Shown here piece by piece: positions 38,681-53,156 of a DNA stretch of 64,000 bases. Under the pieces are notes generated by a model. It was given only the letters and a program-made list of their open reading frames with translations, was not told the origin of the DNA and searched no databases. The DNA lies in NCBI GenBank assembly GCA_951406725.2, contig OX597824.1:14384001-14448000 (forward strand), written 5' to 3'. A program made the position numbers and the translations under genes. The stretch comes from Octopus vulgaris (taxonomy: Eukaryota). The first letter of the stretch is position 1, and each line of letters begins with the position of its first letter.

Positions 38681-41600
38681 CTGTTCTCAATGCTGGCATG
38701 GGTTGGATGGTTTGACAGGAGCTGGCCAACTTGAGAGCTGACCGGGGCCCCATTTTCTGTTTTGGCATGGTTTCTATGGCTGGGTGCCCTTCCTAAGAAC
38801 CAACCATTTCACAAAGTGTACTGGGTGCTTTTAAGTGGCCCCAGCACCCACGAGCCCACAAAGCTAGGACCACTCAGCTAAGAAAGGAGGATGGTAATAG
38901 GTGTAGGATTAACAGCTCCGCACTATATATTCTCTGCATTGATATTGAAATGGTAACAGGAGAATACATGAAACCAGTCTTGATAAAGGGAGTTAGTCTT
39001 CAGAGACTGCATATGAAATAATATAATAAAAAATAAATGCGCCCTTTTAAAGCTTAGCCAGGCTCATGGGCCTGGTTTCTATGGTGTACGTGTTCCCCAG
39101 TTGGACAGGATGCCAGTCCATTGCAGCGTTACTCATTTTTGCCAGCTGAGTGGACTGGAGCAACGTGAAATGAAGTGTTTTGCTCAAGAACACAACACAT
39201 CACCCGGTCCAGGAATCGAAACCACAATCTTACGATCATGGTGCTGACACCCTGACCACTAAACCACGCACCTCCACATGAAATAATATAGTGAAAGCCA
39301 AAAGGAAGAACTGAATCACAGCAAATTGCTATACCTGGGGACAACTGTAATTCATTGCCAAAGACTGAGATAGATGGAGATCTCTTGTTGCCACTCTGTA
39401 CTCTACATGGAGTTAAAGGAATTAAGATGATATTCAGTTTAAATATCTATAAGAAAAACATGGGCAAAGATTATGTTCAAGAGGAAAACATTCGAGCGAG
39501 GTTGTTGCCAGTGCCACTGGACTGGCTCCTGTGCAGGTGGCACGTAAAAAACACCATTTGAGCATGGCCGTTGCCAGTACCGCCTAACAGGTGCTTGTGC
39601 CAGTGGTACATAAAAGCACCCACTATACTCTCGTAGTGGTTGGCATTAGGAAGGGCATCCAGCTGTAGAAACTCTGCCAGATCAGATTGGAGCCTGGTGC
39701 AGCCATCTGGTTCGCCAATCCTCAGTCAAATCGTCCAACCCATGCTAGCATGGAGAACGGATGTTAAACGATGATGATGATGGTTGGAGGCACATGGCCT
39801 AGTGGTTAGAGCAGTGGATTTGTGGTCAAGGGATCGCAGGTTCGAATCTCAGACCGGGTGATGTGTGTGCTTATGAGCGAAACACCTAAGCTCCACGCGG
39901 CTCTGGCAGAAGGTAATGGCGAACTTCTGCTGAATCTTTCACCACAATTTTCTCTCACTCTTTCTTCCTGCATCTTGCAGTTCACCTGCGACGGACCGGC
40001 GTCCCGTCCAGGTGGGGAACCAATACGCCAAGGAAACTGAGAAACCGGCCCTTATGAGCCAGGCATGGCTTAAGAAGGAACAAACAAACAATGATGACGA
40101 TGATGATGAGGGATGTACACCCTGGAGAGGAAGGAGTGAAAAAAAATTTTTACTACTTTTGTTGCCATATTCCTGCTGAAATACACAATCTTTGTTTCGG
40201 TTGGATTTGAAAACAATGAAGAATTTGGTAAAATAACTTTGCCATTGTTAAGCTGATGCTTGAAACATAAATCAACACACAATGTTGATGGACAGTTTTA
40301 ATTTAGATTACTTCAAAACAGGCCCATTGCCAGACTTATTTCTTTACTACCCACAAGGGGCTAAACACAGAGAGGACAAACAAGGACAGACAAAGGGATT
40401 AAGTCGATCACATCGACCCCAGTGCGTAACTGGTACTTATTTAATCGACTCCGAAAGGATGAAAGGCTAAGTCGAACTCAGTGGAATTTGAACTCAGAAC
40501 GTAGCGGCAGACGAAATACACTAAGCATTTCGCCCGGCATGCTAACATCTCTGCCAGCTCACCCATTGCCAGACTTGATGTCTGGGGGTGCTTCAGAATA
40601 TTCTGGGTGGGTATTAATTTGTAATAATGCTAAAGTGGAGTTATGATATAAGTATATCACTGTAAATCTGAAGGTGCGCCACTGAATAATGGGTGGGGCC
40701 GTGTTGTCCAGTGCACAACCCACCCCTAGTGATGAATATCCTTCAAAGCAAGAAATTTGTATTACAGAATCAGATGGAGTCTCAGGGCAGTTAGTATCAC
40801 AAGGTTCAATGTTGTTTGGAGGCAGAGCAGAAATGATAAGCAGGGGAGCATCAAGTGGACTTGAACAGATGGGTACACAGTACCGAAGGGTCAAGAGAGG
40901 AAATTGGAGTGAATGTGAGTCGGTATTTGTAGTATGCTTGTTTAACCCCAGATCAGATGTGATTGAGCAGATCAAAGATCAAAGGCACTCCATCAGTGAT
41001 CATCCTGGAAAACTAAGATATGCAGTGCAGAGATTAAAAAACTGGGCTCTCAATCATAAAATTGTGGTTCAATTCCTGGTCTGGGAAGTATGTTGTATCC
41101 TTGGACTAGGCATTTTACTTCATATTGTTCAGGTACATTTATAAATAATAAATAAATAAATGCGCCCTTTTAAAGCATAGCCAGGCTCATGGGCTCAGTT
41201 TCCCGGTTTCTATGGCATATGTGTTCCCCAATCGGACGGGACGCCAGTCCATCACAGCGTTACTCATTTTTGCCAGCTGAGTGGACTGAAGCAACATGAA
41301 ATGAAGTGTTTTGCTCAAGAACACAACACATCACCCGGTCCAGGAATCGAAACCACAATCTTACGATCATGATGCTGACACCCTAACCACTAAGCCACTC
41401 ACCTCCACCCTTTTTTTAAAGCCTAGCCAGGTTTATGGACCCGGTTTCCCAGTTTCTATGGCGTATGTGATCCCTAACTGGACTGGATCCAGTCCATCGC
41501 AGCGTTACTCATTTTTGCCAGCTGAGTGGACTGGAGCAATGTGAAATGAAGTGTTTTGCTCAAGAACACAATGCGTCGCCCAGTCCAGGAATCGAAACCA

Positions 41601-44460
41601 CAATCTTACGATCATAATGCTGACACCCTAACCACTAAGCCACGCGCCTCCACTCTGATACATTTAGGTAGCCAAAAATGAATAAGATTGACAGAGTGCC
41701 TAGTCAGCATCAATTTAGTGCAGAATCAGCAGTATGGTGAAATATCTTCAGGCATGAAAAGGGATACATCCCAGTTGTAGAATGTTATATCCTACCTTTA
41801 CCATTTTATATGTGGTTACAGGCATGGCTGTGTGGTTAAGAAGTTCACTTCCCAACCATGGGGGTTTTGGATTCCGGTTCAATCCCGTTACTCTTTTACT
41901 TGTTTCAGTCATTTGACTGCGGCCATGCTGGAGCACCGCCTTTAGTCGAGCAAATTGACCCCATGACTTTTTCTCTGGAAGCCTAGTACTTATTCTATCA
42001 GTCTCTTTTGGCGAACTGCTAAGTTATAAGGACGTAAATACACCAGCATCGGTTGTCAAGCGATGTTGGGGGGACAAACACAGACACACAAACATATACA
42101 TATATACGACAGGCTTCTTTCAGTTTCCATCTCCCAAATCCACTCACAGGCTTTGGTCGGCCTGAGTCTATAGTAAAGACACTTGCCTAAGGTGCCACAC
42201 AGTGGGAATGAACCTGGAACCATGTGGTTGGTAAGCAAGCTACTTACCACACAGCGACTCCTGCGCCCATTGTGCAAGTGTCTTCTACTATAGCACCAGG
42301 TTGACCAAAGATTTGCAAGTAAATTTGGTAGATGGAAACTGAAAGAAGCCCATTATATATATGAGTGTGTGTTTTCTTGTTTTGACGACACATGGCAGTT
42401 GGAAATGAGTGTCACTGTCATACAAGTGGTGTCGTTCTCTGTGAAAACCATGTCTGGTGAAGGGGAAATGTTATCTTGCTTAAAAACAAGTGAGGTTTAG
42501 TGACAGGAAAGGCATCCAGCTGTAGAAAATCTGCCTCAATAAATTCTTAAGCATGGAATAGTGGAAGCTATGACAATGGTGACTACATTATCCAAGACAA
42601 TGACTGGCATCCGTGCTAGCGGAGTGCAAAGAGCACCATACGAGCGTGATTGTTGACAGAGCGGTTAACCGGCTTCCGTGCCAGTGGCACATAAAAGGCA
42701 CCATTCGAGTGTGATCGTTACCAGCGTCGCCTTACTGGCACTTGTGCCCGTGCTAGTAGGGTGCCAAGAGCACCATCCGAGCATGATCATTGCCAGGGCA
42801 GCCAACTGGCTTCCATGCCGGTGGCACGTAAAGGGGCACCATTCAAGCGTGATCGTTACCAACGTCGCATTACTGGCACCTGTGCCAGTGACATGTGTAA
42901 GAAGATTCGAGCGAGGTCATTGCCAGTACCACCTGACTAGCCCCTGTACCGGTGGCACGTAAAAAGCACCCACTACACTCTCGGAGTGGTTGGCATGAGG
43001 AAGGGCATCCAGCTGTAGAAACTCTGCCAGATCAAGATTGGAGCCTGGTGCAGCCATCTGGTTCGCCAGCCCTCAGTCAAAATCGTCCAACCCATGCTAG
43101 CATGGAAAGCAAACATTAAACGATGATGATGATGTCCCCTTTAAGACAATAGAGCATGGCTTGAGGGTACCCCATTTGGCTTGAATGATTGTTGATGGTG
43201 GTGTCATAGTCAATCAGTAGAATATTTTTATGTGTAGAATTCTTTCAGAGTGGGGTATTAAGTGAACTTTGTAGAAAGCCAGTAAAACAATATGAGACAC
43301 ACAGACAAAGTTGGTGCCCAACACATTGAAGTTTAAATAATGGAAAGCTGGATTATTACAAAATCATCATTCATCATGGTTTAACGTCTGTTTTCTATGC
43401 TGCCAATGCCGTATTGGACGGGTTGACTGAGGTCTGGAAAGCCAGCGACTGCATCAGTCTCCAATCTGATCTGGCAATGTTTCTACAGCTGGATGATCTT
43501 CCTAACACCAACCACTCTGAGTGTAGTGGGTGCTTTTTACATGTCACCAGCACAGGGGCCAGTCAGGCGGCCCTGGCATCGATCATGTTCGGAGAGTGCT
43601 TTTTACATGCCACTGGCACAGGAGCCAACCAGGGTGCACTGGTATTGACCATGTTTGGATGGTGCTTTTTACATGCCACTGGGACCGGAGACAGTCGGGT
43701 AGCCCTAGCATCAGTCACGTTCGGATAGTGCTTTTTTTCATAATCTGCTTTCCATGCTGGCATGGGTTAGTCAGGTTATTATGGTCATTCAGAATTACTA
43801 TCCTCCTAGGCAGGTCAGGGGCAGCATTAGCATCAGATGCCCATTGTTAATACCAACCACTTCAGTGTGTATCAGGTGCATTTTATCATGGCACCAGCAC
43901 TGAAGAGGTTGTCATGTTCTCAATAAGCCAATGCCGTATTCTCGTTAAGTATCTACTATTCTTTTATTTGACTGTGGCCACGCTGGAGCACAGCCTTTAG
44001 TCAAACAAATCGACCCCAAGACTTATTCTTTGTAAGCCTAGTACTTATTCTATTGGGCTCTTTTGCCGAACTGTTAAGTTATGGGGAAATAAACACACGA
44101 ACATCAGTTGTCAAGTGATGGTAGGGGGGACAGATTGAATAAGTACTAGACTTACAGAGAATAAGTCCTGGGGTCGAATTGTTCGACTAAAGGTTGTATT
44201 CCAGCATGGCCGCAGTCAAAATGACTGAAACAGGTAAAAGAATAAAAGAACATATATACGATGGGCTTCTTTCAGTTTCTGTCTACCAAAACCACTCACA
44301 AGGCTTTGGTTGGCCCAAGGCACTTGCCAAAGGTGCCATGCAGTGGGACCGAACCCAGAACCATGTGGTTGGGAAGCAAGCTTCTTACCACACAGCCACT
44401 CCTGTACTTTTCAACTTTTTCCTCAAACAAGTTACCTGTGACCCTTCCCTTTTAATTAGT

Positions 44461-44763
44461 GGAGGCACATGGCCTAGTGGTTAGAGCAGCGGACTCGCGG
44501 TCGAGGGATCGCGGGTTCGAATCCCAGACCGGGCGATGTGTGTGTTTATGAGCGAAACACCTAAGCTCCACGCGGCTCCAGCAGAAGGTAATGGCGAAAC
44601 TTCTGCTGACTCTTTCGCCACAACTTCCTCTCACTCTTTCTTCCTGCAACTAGCAGCTCACCTGCGACGGACCTGCGTCCCGTCCAGGTGGGGAACCTAT
44701 ATGCCAAGGATACTGGGAAAACCGGCCCTTATGGAGCCTGGCGTGGCTCGAGAAGGAACAAAC
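44461..44763 (+). mobile_element. tRNA(Arg)-like SINE (resembles octopus OR-type SINEs)
   Basis: Head ggaggcacatggcctagtggttagagcagcggactcgcggtcgagggatcgcgggttcgaatccc with A/B boxes and TCG anticodon-like loop, continuing into a non-tRNA body. Sister copy at 39786-40090. Confidence 0.85.
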
Positions 44764-46546
44764 TTCCCTTTTAATAATGACCTGGTCAAGCATCATATTG
44801 AGCCACCAAGAGAGTGGCTAATCTGCTGGATCGATCAACTAGAAATAATAGCTAATTCTTCAAATACCTCTGATAGAAGAATTCAAATAGCTAATTCTTC
44901 TATCATAGAGATCCTGGGTGAGTTATGGCAGGGAAAGAGATGAGATGGTCAAGACTGTAGTAGTATTGACCTCAAGTCTGGTCAATCAGAGCTGATTTGG
45001 GGGGAGGGGCTAGACAACATTTGTCATCTCTCTCATATTTCTACACAGCTACCTGTCATGGCCTCTTCCTTGTCTTGTCTCTTGTTTATGTATTATGGCC
45101 TCCACATCACAGTAATGTGAAGAAAGCCAAACAAACTCTACTCCCTTCTTGTTAAACAGTCCCTCAATCCTTCTTGAGTGACCCCTCCACCACCACCACC
45201 ACCATCTCCTTTTATTCATCATCAAATCCCTTTTCTCCCCCCCTCCTCCTCTCTTGTTATGGTCATTCCCTTTTCTCCCCTCTTATTACTCTGTCAAACC
45301 TTCTTCTCAAGTGACAGCCCCCCCCCCCCACTTCCCTTGCAAAGCTATCATTCCTTCTTCTCCAGTGATACCCTCCCTCCCCCACCTCCACTCATCTTAA
45401 ACAGCCTGTCACTCTTGTGTGTCATTCCAGTTTTCTCTTCCTGCTTATGGCTGTCTCACTCCTAACACCAGAGTTGCTTCATCTTGATGTTATGTTGTTG
45501 CTTTAGCCCTAGGCCAGACCTGATTTCACAAACTATGAACAAAGCCATCATCCATCCAGGGATTCTTTTATACCTTTATTTGTTTCAGTCATTTGACTGT
45601 GGCTATGCTGGAGCACTGCCTTTAGTCTCAAGCTAATCGACCCCAGGACTTATTCTTTGTAAGCCTAGTACTTATTCTATCGGTCTCTCTTAATTCTTTA
45701 TTGCCCAAAAGGGGCTAAACATAGAGGGGACAAACAAGGACAGACAAGCGGATTAAGTTGATTATATTGACCCCAGTGTGTAACTGGTACTTATTTAATC
45801 GACCCCGAAAGGATGAAAGGCAAAGTCGATCTCAGCGGAATTTGAACTCAGAACGTAACGGCAGGCGAAATACCACCAAGCATTTCACCCGGCATGCAAA
45901 CGTTTCTGCCAGCTTGCTGAACCGCTAAGTGACAGGGACGTAAACACACCAGCATCAGCTGTCAAGCAATGTTAGGGGGACATACACACACACATATATA
46001 TATATACGACGGGCTTCTTTCAGTTTCCGTCTACCAAATCCACTCACAAGGCTTTTGTCGGCCCGAGGCTATAGTAGAAGACACTTGCCCAAGGTGCCAC
46101 ACAGTAGGACTGAAACCAGAACCATGTGGTTAGTAAGCAAGCTACTTACCACACAGCCACTCATAATTTTTTTTTTTTTTTTTGGTATATTGTCTAAAAT
46201 ACCCATTTTTCTTTTACACACAACAGGAAATGATTTGAGATATTTTGGTTGCTATTTCTAAAGCAACTACATAAAAGCTCACTCACTGATTCATTGATCT
46301 TGTGAGTAGACCTATGACCCAAAAACATTCCAGCTGTAACCCTACAGTCTTAGACATCCAGGACAACGATAAGTAGCAAGACCACCCATCCATATAAAAG
46401 TTAACTCCAAAATTTTTATGCATATTTTTCACCATCATTTAATGTCCACTTTTCCATGCTTGCATGGGTCAGACAGAATTTGCTGAGGCAGATTTTAATG
46501 GTCAGATGCCCTTCCTGTGGCCAACCCTTACTTGTTTCTAAGCAAA

Positions 46547-46588
<42 letters not shown>

Positions 46589-46794
46589 TCTCTCTCTTTT
46601 ACTCTTTTAGTTGTTTCAGTCATATGATTGTGCTCATGCTGGAGCACTGCCTTTAGTCGAGCAAATCGACCCCAGGACTTATTCTTTGGAAGCCTAGTAC
46701 TTATTCAATCGGTCTTTTTTACCGCACCGCTAAGTTACAGGGATGTAAACACACCACCATCGGTTGTCAAGCGATGTTGGGCAGACAAAAACAG

Positions 46795-46838
<44 letters not shown>

Positions 46839-46998
46839 GCATACATACATATACGACAGGCTTCTTTCAGTTTCCGTCTACCAAATCCACTCACAAGGCT
46901 TTGGTCAGCCCGAGGCTATAAGTAGAAGACACTTGCCCAAGGTGCCACGCAGTGGGACTGAACCCGGAACCATGTGGTTGGTAAGCAAAGCTACTTAC

Positions 46999-47043
<45 letters not shown>

Positions 47044-50000
47044 TCTTTTCAGTCATTTGACTGCGGCCATGCTGGAGCACCGCCTTTAATCGAGCAACTC
47101 GACCCCGGGACTTATTCTTTTGTAAGCCCAGTACTTATTCTATCGGTCTCTTTTGCCGAACCGCTAGGTAACGGGGACATAAACACACATATATATAAAC
47201 TTATGAGCAAGAAACGATTTGGATCATGACGACTCTTCCACCCCATGCCAGCATGGAAAGTAGATTTTAGGACGATTTGAGATGTGTGTGTTACAGTGGT
47301 CATGTTACTAATTAATTAGACACAAAGAATATTCTAAACCACATCCCAAAACAGTTATTACTTGAGCCAATGAGCATTTACGCGGGTGCTAGAAATAGCA
47401 ACCAAATTTTCCTGAAATCAAACCTTATCAGATTGAAGAAAACACGTTGAACAATGTAGTGAAATGTGATATAAAGGGACGAGATGGTCACAACTGGAGA
47501 GCCTTTTGATTACGGGTTTGCTTTATCAGAACTAATCTGCAGCTAAACAACAACAAAGTCATTACCTCCAGAGATTGTACAACAGGTTTTCAACTACTTC
47601 CCAAGATCTTAATAGGACCTGAAAGGGTTATGGATGCTGTCCCTCCGTATTACATTTAATAAAATAACAAAATGTATAAATATGCTAACAGAAAAACAAC
47701 AATACATGCACATTACATGGATGTTTCATTATGCTAATATATCATCATCATCGTTGTAACAGCCGTTTTTTCCATACTGGAATGGGTTGGACAGATCTAC
47801 CGTACAACGCATCGCTATTTGTCTCAACCAATATCCGGAAATCTAACTGAATCACTTCGTCTCCGATTTGACTGAATAAGTTTCCTTCAAATACCGTAGG
47901 ATTTCTTAATCAATGAAGAAGCCTTAGTCAAATGTCTTGCTGAAGGACACGGAAAATAACAAATTATTATATATAATATTTCGCATGTGAGGTGAGACTA
48001 TTTTTCGCTGCTAATCCAATGAGAGCCCACCCCTACTTTCTAATTAGACTAAAAGGTGAGAATAGTGGTTAAATACAGACAAGTTTGGAGCGGTGTTGGA
48101 GAGGGTTCTTGGTAGACAATTAGTAGTGTGAGACATGTCAGTATGACCTGAATATATACACTGACAAATAATCCGAAGATTGCACTCCCACCCCATTTAC
48201 ACATACACCACTGTCCATATTCAAATTTCGACCAAAATAAAAAGAGAAGAAGGAAAAAAGCAAAGGATAAAAATAACCTGGGCAACGTTTTACTAATTAG
48301 AAACTTCACTTACTTTTACAAAAACTTAATATTTCATCCCATCAACAACTACAATATTAAAAGGAACATTTTTTTTTCTAATTGTGTGTCAACTAATTAC
48401 CCAGAGGGAAGGGAGAAGAAAAGAATAACATGTTTGTAAATTGCTGAGAGACAATTATATATAATAACATCAACTGCGGATATTTTTATCGATCAAAACA
48501 TCTGAATGGGATGAAAATTTTGAAAGAAAAAAAAAACACCTACACAGAAGTATGTGTACGTTTGTGTGTGTGTGTGTGTAAGTATGTGTATGTATGTAAC
48601 GTAAAATGTTAGAAATAGTTGATGTGTTGGAAAAATTTCTTTAAACGATCAGAAGTGGGGAAAAAACACAGCTGAAATGGTAAGTCTGGGCAGTGAGTCG
48701 CTAATGAGTAACATACATACGCACAGCCACATCCGTACACATACGTGTACACATTCACGCATACATGCATGTGTAGAGAGGATGGTGACGGGGTGCAGAT
48801 GCGAGTGTGTCACCAAGAAAGGATGTCTCGGTGGGGTCCAGAACCAGAAACTCAATTCAAATAGCCAATAGAAACAATATGGCGAAATTGTCAGAATGAA
48901 TTAATGAAACAAAAATAAATTAGAGGTGGGAGAATGAAAAATAAAAAAACCGTAGGACCTTGATTAAACGAGACAAAAACAAAAAAATACGGTGGAGTGA
49001 TAGGGTGAAAAATAAACACAGGTTAATAAAGGAGAAGGCTGAGAACGGGAAAGAAACGTAAAGAAAAAAAAAGAACAACTTCTAGAAACACATGTCAAAA
49101 GCAAACACCTGCTAGGCAAATTGATCGTTCATTTTTCCAATTAGATATTGGATATTAAAACAGAAAAAATAAAAAGAGAAAAAAATGAATTTATTACAAT
49201 AAAGAGGTACCAAATGAATTCACAAGTGAGCATTGATAAAATATTTAGGTCTAATAATAAAAAAAAAAAAGCGGAATAGATTGTCTGACCTATTGTTTTT
49301 GTAAAGTCAATATATTGCGGTGTTATAATAAATAGCCTTAACGGGTTTTTGTTGAACAACGAGTATTCTTATTTATCATATTATTATTACTACGGATAAC
49401 GACTTGGCTACGAATGAATAAAGAAGCAGTGTTGGGGTAGGATCCACAAGTGGCTATTTCTATGAGAATCCACTCTACACAGTAGTAGCACTGCTCCCAG
49501 ACTGACACACACGCAACACGTGTGGATTTGTTAAATAAGAAACGAATAAAAACCTATAAGAAATGTCAATCAACCTTGAATTTATTTATTTTTCGGAAAA
49601 CGAGCAAATTTTTCAGATAATTATTTTTATCTAAGACCGAAATCCAAACGATAGATCTCGCGTGTACATTGTGATCCAGTGGCTTTTTGCCTTAATTTTA
49701 ATTCAAACATGCGTCAGTCAACACGCGCCGAATGAAGGCTGGTAAAAATAAAACGCACATGTTTAATATATGTATCTGTTGATGCATGTGTATCAGTGTA
49801 CGTATATAGGAATATCTGAATATATATATATAACAGTGCAGGGATAAACGTGTGAATATTCAGACATACATGTATGTGTGTGTGTGTATTACATGTGAAT
49901 ATATGTGTCTAAGTGTAAGTTCATGTTTGTCTTGGTGTGTATGTATGTATAGGTGTCTAATATATGTATCTGTGTGTATATGTATGTCTGTGTGTGCTAG

Positions 50001-50337
50001 TGTACAAGATATGGTAGTAGTGTTCCACCACTGCCACAACCGTTACATAAAAATCAACAACAGATTTTTAAAAAGATACATTTGAAGCTAAAGATGGAAT
50101 TAAACGAACGGTGAATAATAAAGAAATTTTATATTTCGCAGGAATTCCGACACGTTCAATGAAGCATGGACTTTTTTAAATTATTATCATTATTATTATT
50201 AGAAGTAGTAGTAGTAGTAGTATTAATGATAATAATGGTAAATCACAACACATAAATAACATCTAAAAACTGCAAGCTTTCTTGAAGGTGTCAACAAGGT
50301 AGTAGTCAGACACTTATCTACATATTTATTTCCTTAC

Positions 50338-50584
50338 CGAGTAGGTTGATCCGTGGCAAATCTTTTTTTCCCATCCGAACATTGTTCTTGAAATGAAGAC
50401 TACACACCCTGCTGCTCTCTTTACTGATTCTCTCCACGTCGCTGGGATCATTGAGGTTGTAGCCGGCTCTTTCCACCCACTTTCGCAACAGTGGACGGTC
50501 ATTCCACGGCAACCGGTAAAAATGGATCGCCTGGTTTTTCTTCTGGACACTCTTGCAACCTTTCACAATACAACTACTCGGCAT
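50338..50584 (-). CDS. First coding exon of a THAP-domain (C2CH zinc finger) protein; rest of gene not confidently located
   Basis: Translation MPSSCIVKGC...HFYRLP...LLRKW...RVCSLHF...DLP has the THAP signature (N-terminal M-x3-C-x4-C, F-x-x-P, W, C-x-x-H-F, terminal P). Start context is ggaaccATG. After 82 codons plus 1 nt comes a donor G|GTAAGG (intron starts 50337). Lies in unique, SINE-free, CpG-retaining DNA. Confidence 0.9.
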
Positions 50585-51200
50585 GGTTCCCCACCTGTGA
50601 CTGGCACAAGACTTCCGTTCTCAAGGATTAACCATTAAAACATACTCCAAACCTCATTGGGCCACCACCACCTCCGTCGCTCTCAGCTCGTCAATTTCTC
50701 TTCTCTTTCCCTCTCTATATCTGACACTCCAGTTCCTTACTGCAGTCACTGTCTGTCTAACTCACTTCCCTACTCTCTCTCTCTCTCTCTCTCTCTTACT
50801 GTCTGTCTCTCTGTCTCTCTCTCTCTCTCTCTAGCTATTTCTTCCTCTATCTGTCTGACACTCCTATTCTTCCTTCTATACTCTCTTTCTTTTCCTTTCT
50901 ATGACACTCCTGTTACTTTCTGCTTTAGCAACAGACACATACACACACGCTCTCTCTGTCTCTGTCTCTCTCTATCTTTATCTCTCATTGCACTCTCTTT
51001 ATCTAAGCTGCTACTCTTTCTATCACCTTCTCCCTCTCTTTCTCTCTCTCTCTCTCAAACACTATTCCTCTTTATGTCAACTGTATGTGGCCTCCCCACC
51101 ATCGTACTCGGCCTTTACGACCCCCTCCTCCGCCGCTCAGTCACCAGTTTAAATGTCCACAAAAACTTCCGACTTTATAAACATTTTTGTCACCAGTGAA
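50585..51200 (-). promoter_or_regulatory. Probable 5'UTR/promoter of the THAP gene
   Basis: Directly upstream of the ATG. CpGs retained, long GA/CT tract, minus-strand CGGAAGT (ETS-like, ~50610) and CCAAT (~50657) motifs. TSS not determinable. Confidence 0.5.
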
Positions 51201-51235
51201 TCAATACCCACTACACACACGGATACCTATACATA

Positions 51236-51623
<388 letters not shown>

Positions 51624-52134
51624 AAAGCGTAACTGCTTCAGTTTTATGATTTTACTAAGGATTTTTTTAGCTCCCTAATATCTTATGTGAAACAATGAAT
51701 TTCTGAAGCCTCTTAATGTTTTGAGATTTCCTCTGGTTTTTATCATCAGTAAGAAATTATTTCAGTGGTTATTGTTATTAACTGTCAGCATGAGAGAGAA
51801 AGAAAGAGAGAATCATAATTCTTTTTACAATAGGCACTGTGTCTGATGATGACAAACTTTCAATAATCTGACCTTTAACATCAGATTTCTTTAAGCAATA
51901 AGGAATAAAGTTGGCCAGGGAATCTGCTAGTATTAGCTTGTTGTTAGTGTATGATATCTAGGTGCTGAGTTTTGTATTATATATGGCTATTAGTATAGCT
52001 TATTTGAGTGAAGAATTTTAGAGGTTTTAAAAGGCAAAGGTGGCAAGACTAGATTATAAATGGCATAATGATGAACATTTGTACTAATGTCTCCAAGAAG
52101 AAAAACAGTTGAGATATTACTTGGAAATCAGCAA

Positions 52135-52802
52135 GCCAAATGAGATCATAACCTCATAGCCTATGCCAAGGGCATAACCAGCCCACTTATGCGTACCTTT
52201 TCCTTCTTTGGACACTAGTAAACTCTGCTTGTGAAGACCTGTTGAAGCAAGTGAAATCAAAATCAAATTCGATGACTGGCATCTAGGCTAGCGGAGTGCA
52301 AAGAGCACCATACGAGTGAGATCGTTGACAGAGTGGCTAACCAGCTTCCGTGCCAGTGGCAAATAAAAGGCACCATTTGAGTGGGATTGTTACCAGCGTT
52401 GCCTTACTGGCACTTGTGCCCCATGCTAGTGAGGTGCTAGGAGCACCATCCGAGCGTGATCGTTGCCAGAGCAGCTAACCGGCTTCCATGCTAGTGGCAC
52501 GTAACAGGCACCATTCGAGCGTGATTGTTACCTGTGTCACCTTACTGGCTCCTGTGCCAGTGGCACGTGTAAAAACATTTGAGCGAGGTTGATGCCAGTA
52601 CCGCCTGACTGGCCCCCATGCTGGCGGCATGTAAAAGCACCCACTACACTCTCAGAGTGGTTGGCGTTAGGAAGGGCATCCAGCTGTAGAAACTCTGACA
52701 GATCAGATTGGATCCTGGTGCAGCCATCTGGTTCGCCAGCCCTCAGTCAAATCGTCCAACCCATGCTAGCATGGAAAGCAGATGTTAAACGATGATGATG
52801 AT
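52135..52802 (+). mobile_element. Family-C retroposon with internal ggcacgtaaaa-gcacc subrepeats and (GAT)n tail (longest copy)
   Basis: Conserved 3' part gttggcgttaggaagggcatccagctgtagaaac…catgctagcatggaaagc…gatgatgat. Other copies: ~2310-2660, 7795-8290, 12110-12556, 14712-15037, 20122-20463, 33075-33278, 39487-39782, 42600-43135, 61958-62425 (+); 10380-10597, 19117-19790, 43380-43735, 60363-60745 (-). Confidence 0.85.
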
Positions 52803-53156
52803 AATCAATTATCAGAACCACCCACAATACTAGTATGTATATATACATCCTTTGGAAAATTACTAGTCTTCTACAACTTAGATTTCCTTTCATAATTTAC
52901 AGGGTAATACTGCCCAACCTTATGGTGCCAGGTTCAATCCCACTACACAGTAAGTACCTTTAGCAAGTGTCTTCTACTATAATCCTAGGCCAACCAAAGC
53001 CTGGTGAGTAGATTTGGTAGATGGAAACTGAATGAAGTGCATTGTGTGTGTATGTATGTATGTATGTATGTATGTATGTGTGTATGTATGTGTATGTGTG
53101 TATGTATGCATGTATGTGTGTATGTATGTGTGTGTATGCATGCATATATGTATGTA

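Noticed and set aside
40559-41144. Overlapping 138-aa and 151-aa ORFs in unique-looking DNA
   Set aside because: No recognisable domain or splice signals, and both run into SINEs; probably an old repeat.
44461-44535. Functional tRNA-Arg gene (also 28937 and 39786)
   Set aside because: No proper acceptor stem or terminator; continues into a SINE body shared by several copies.
50318-50584. THAP exon as the start of a P-element transposase
   Set aside because: No transposase core or terminal repeats nearby; context resembles a host first exon. Not fully excluded.
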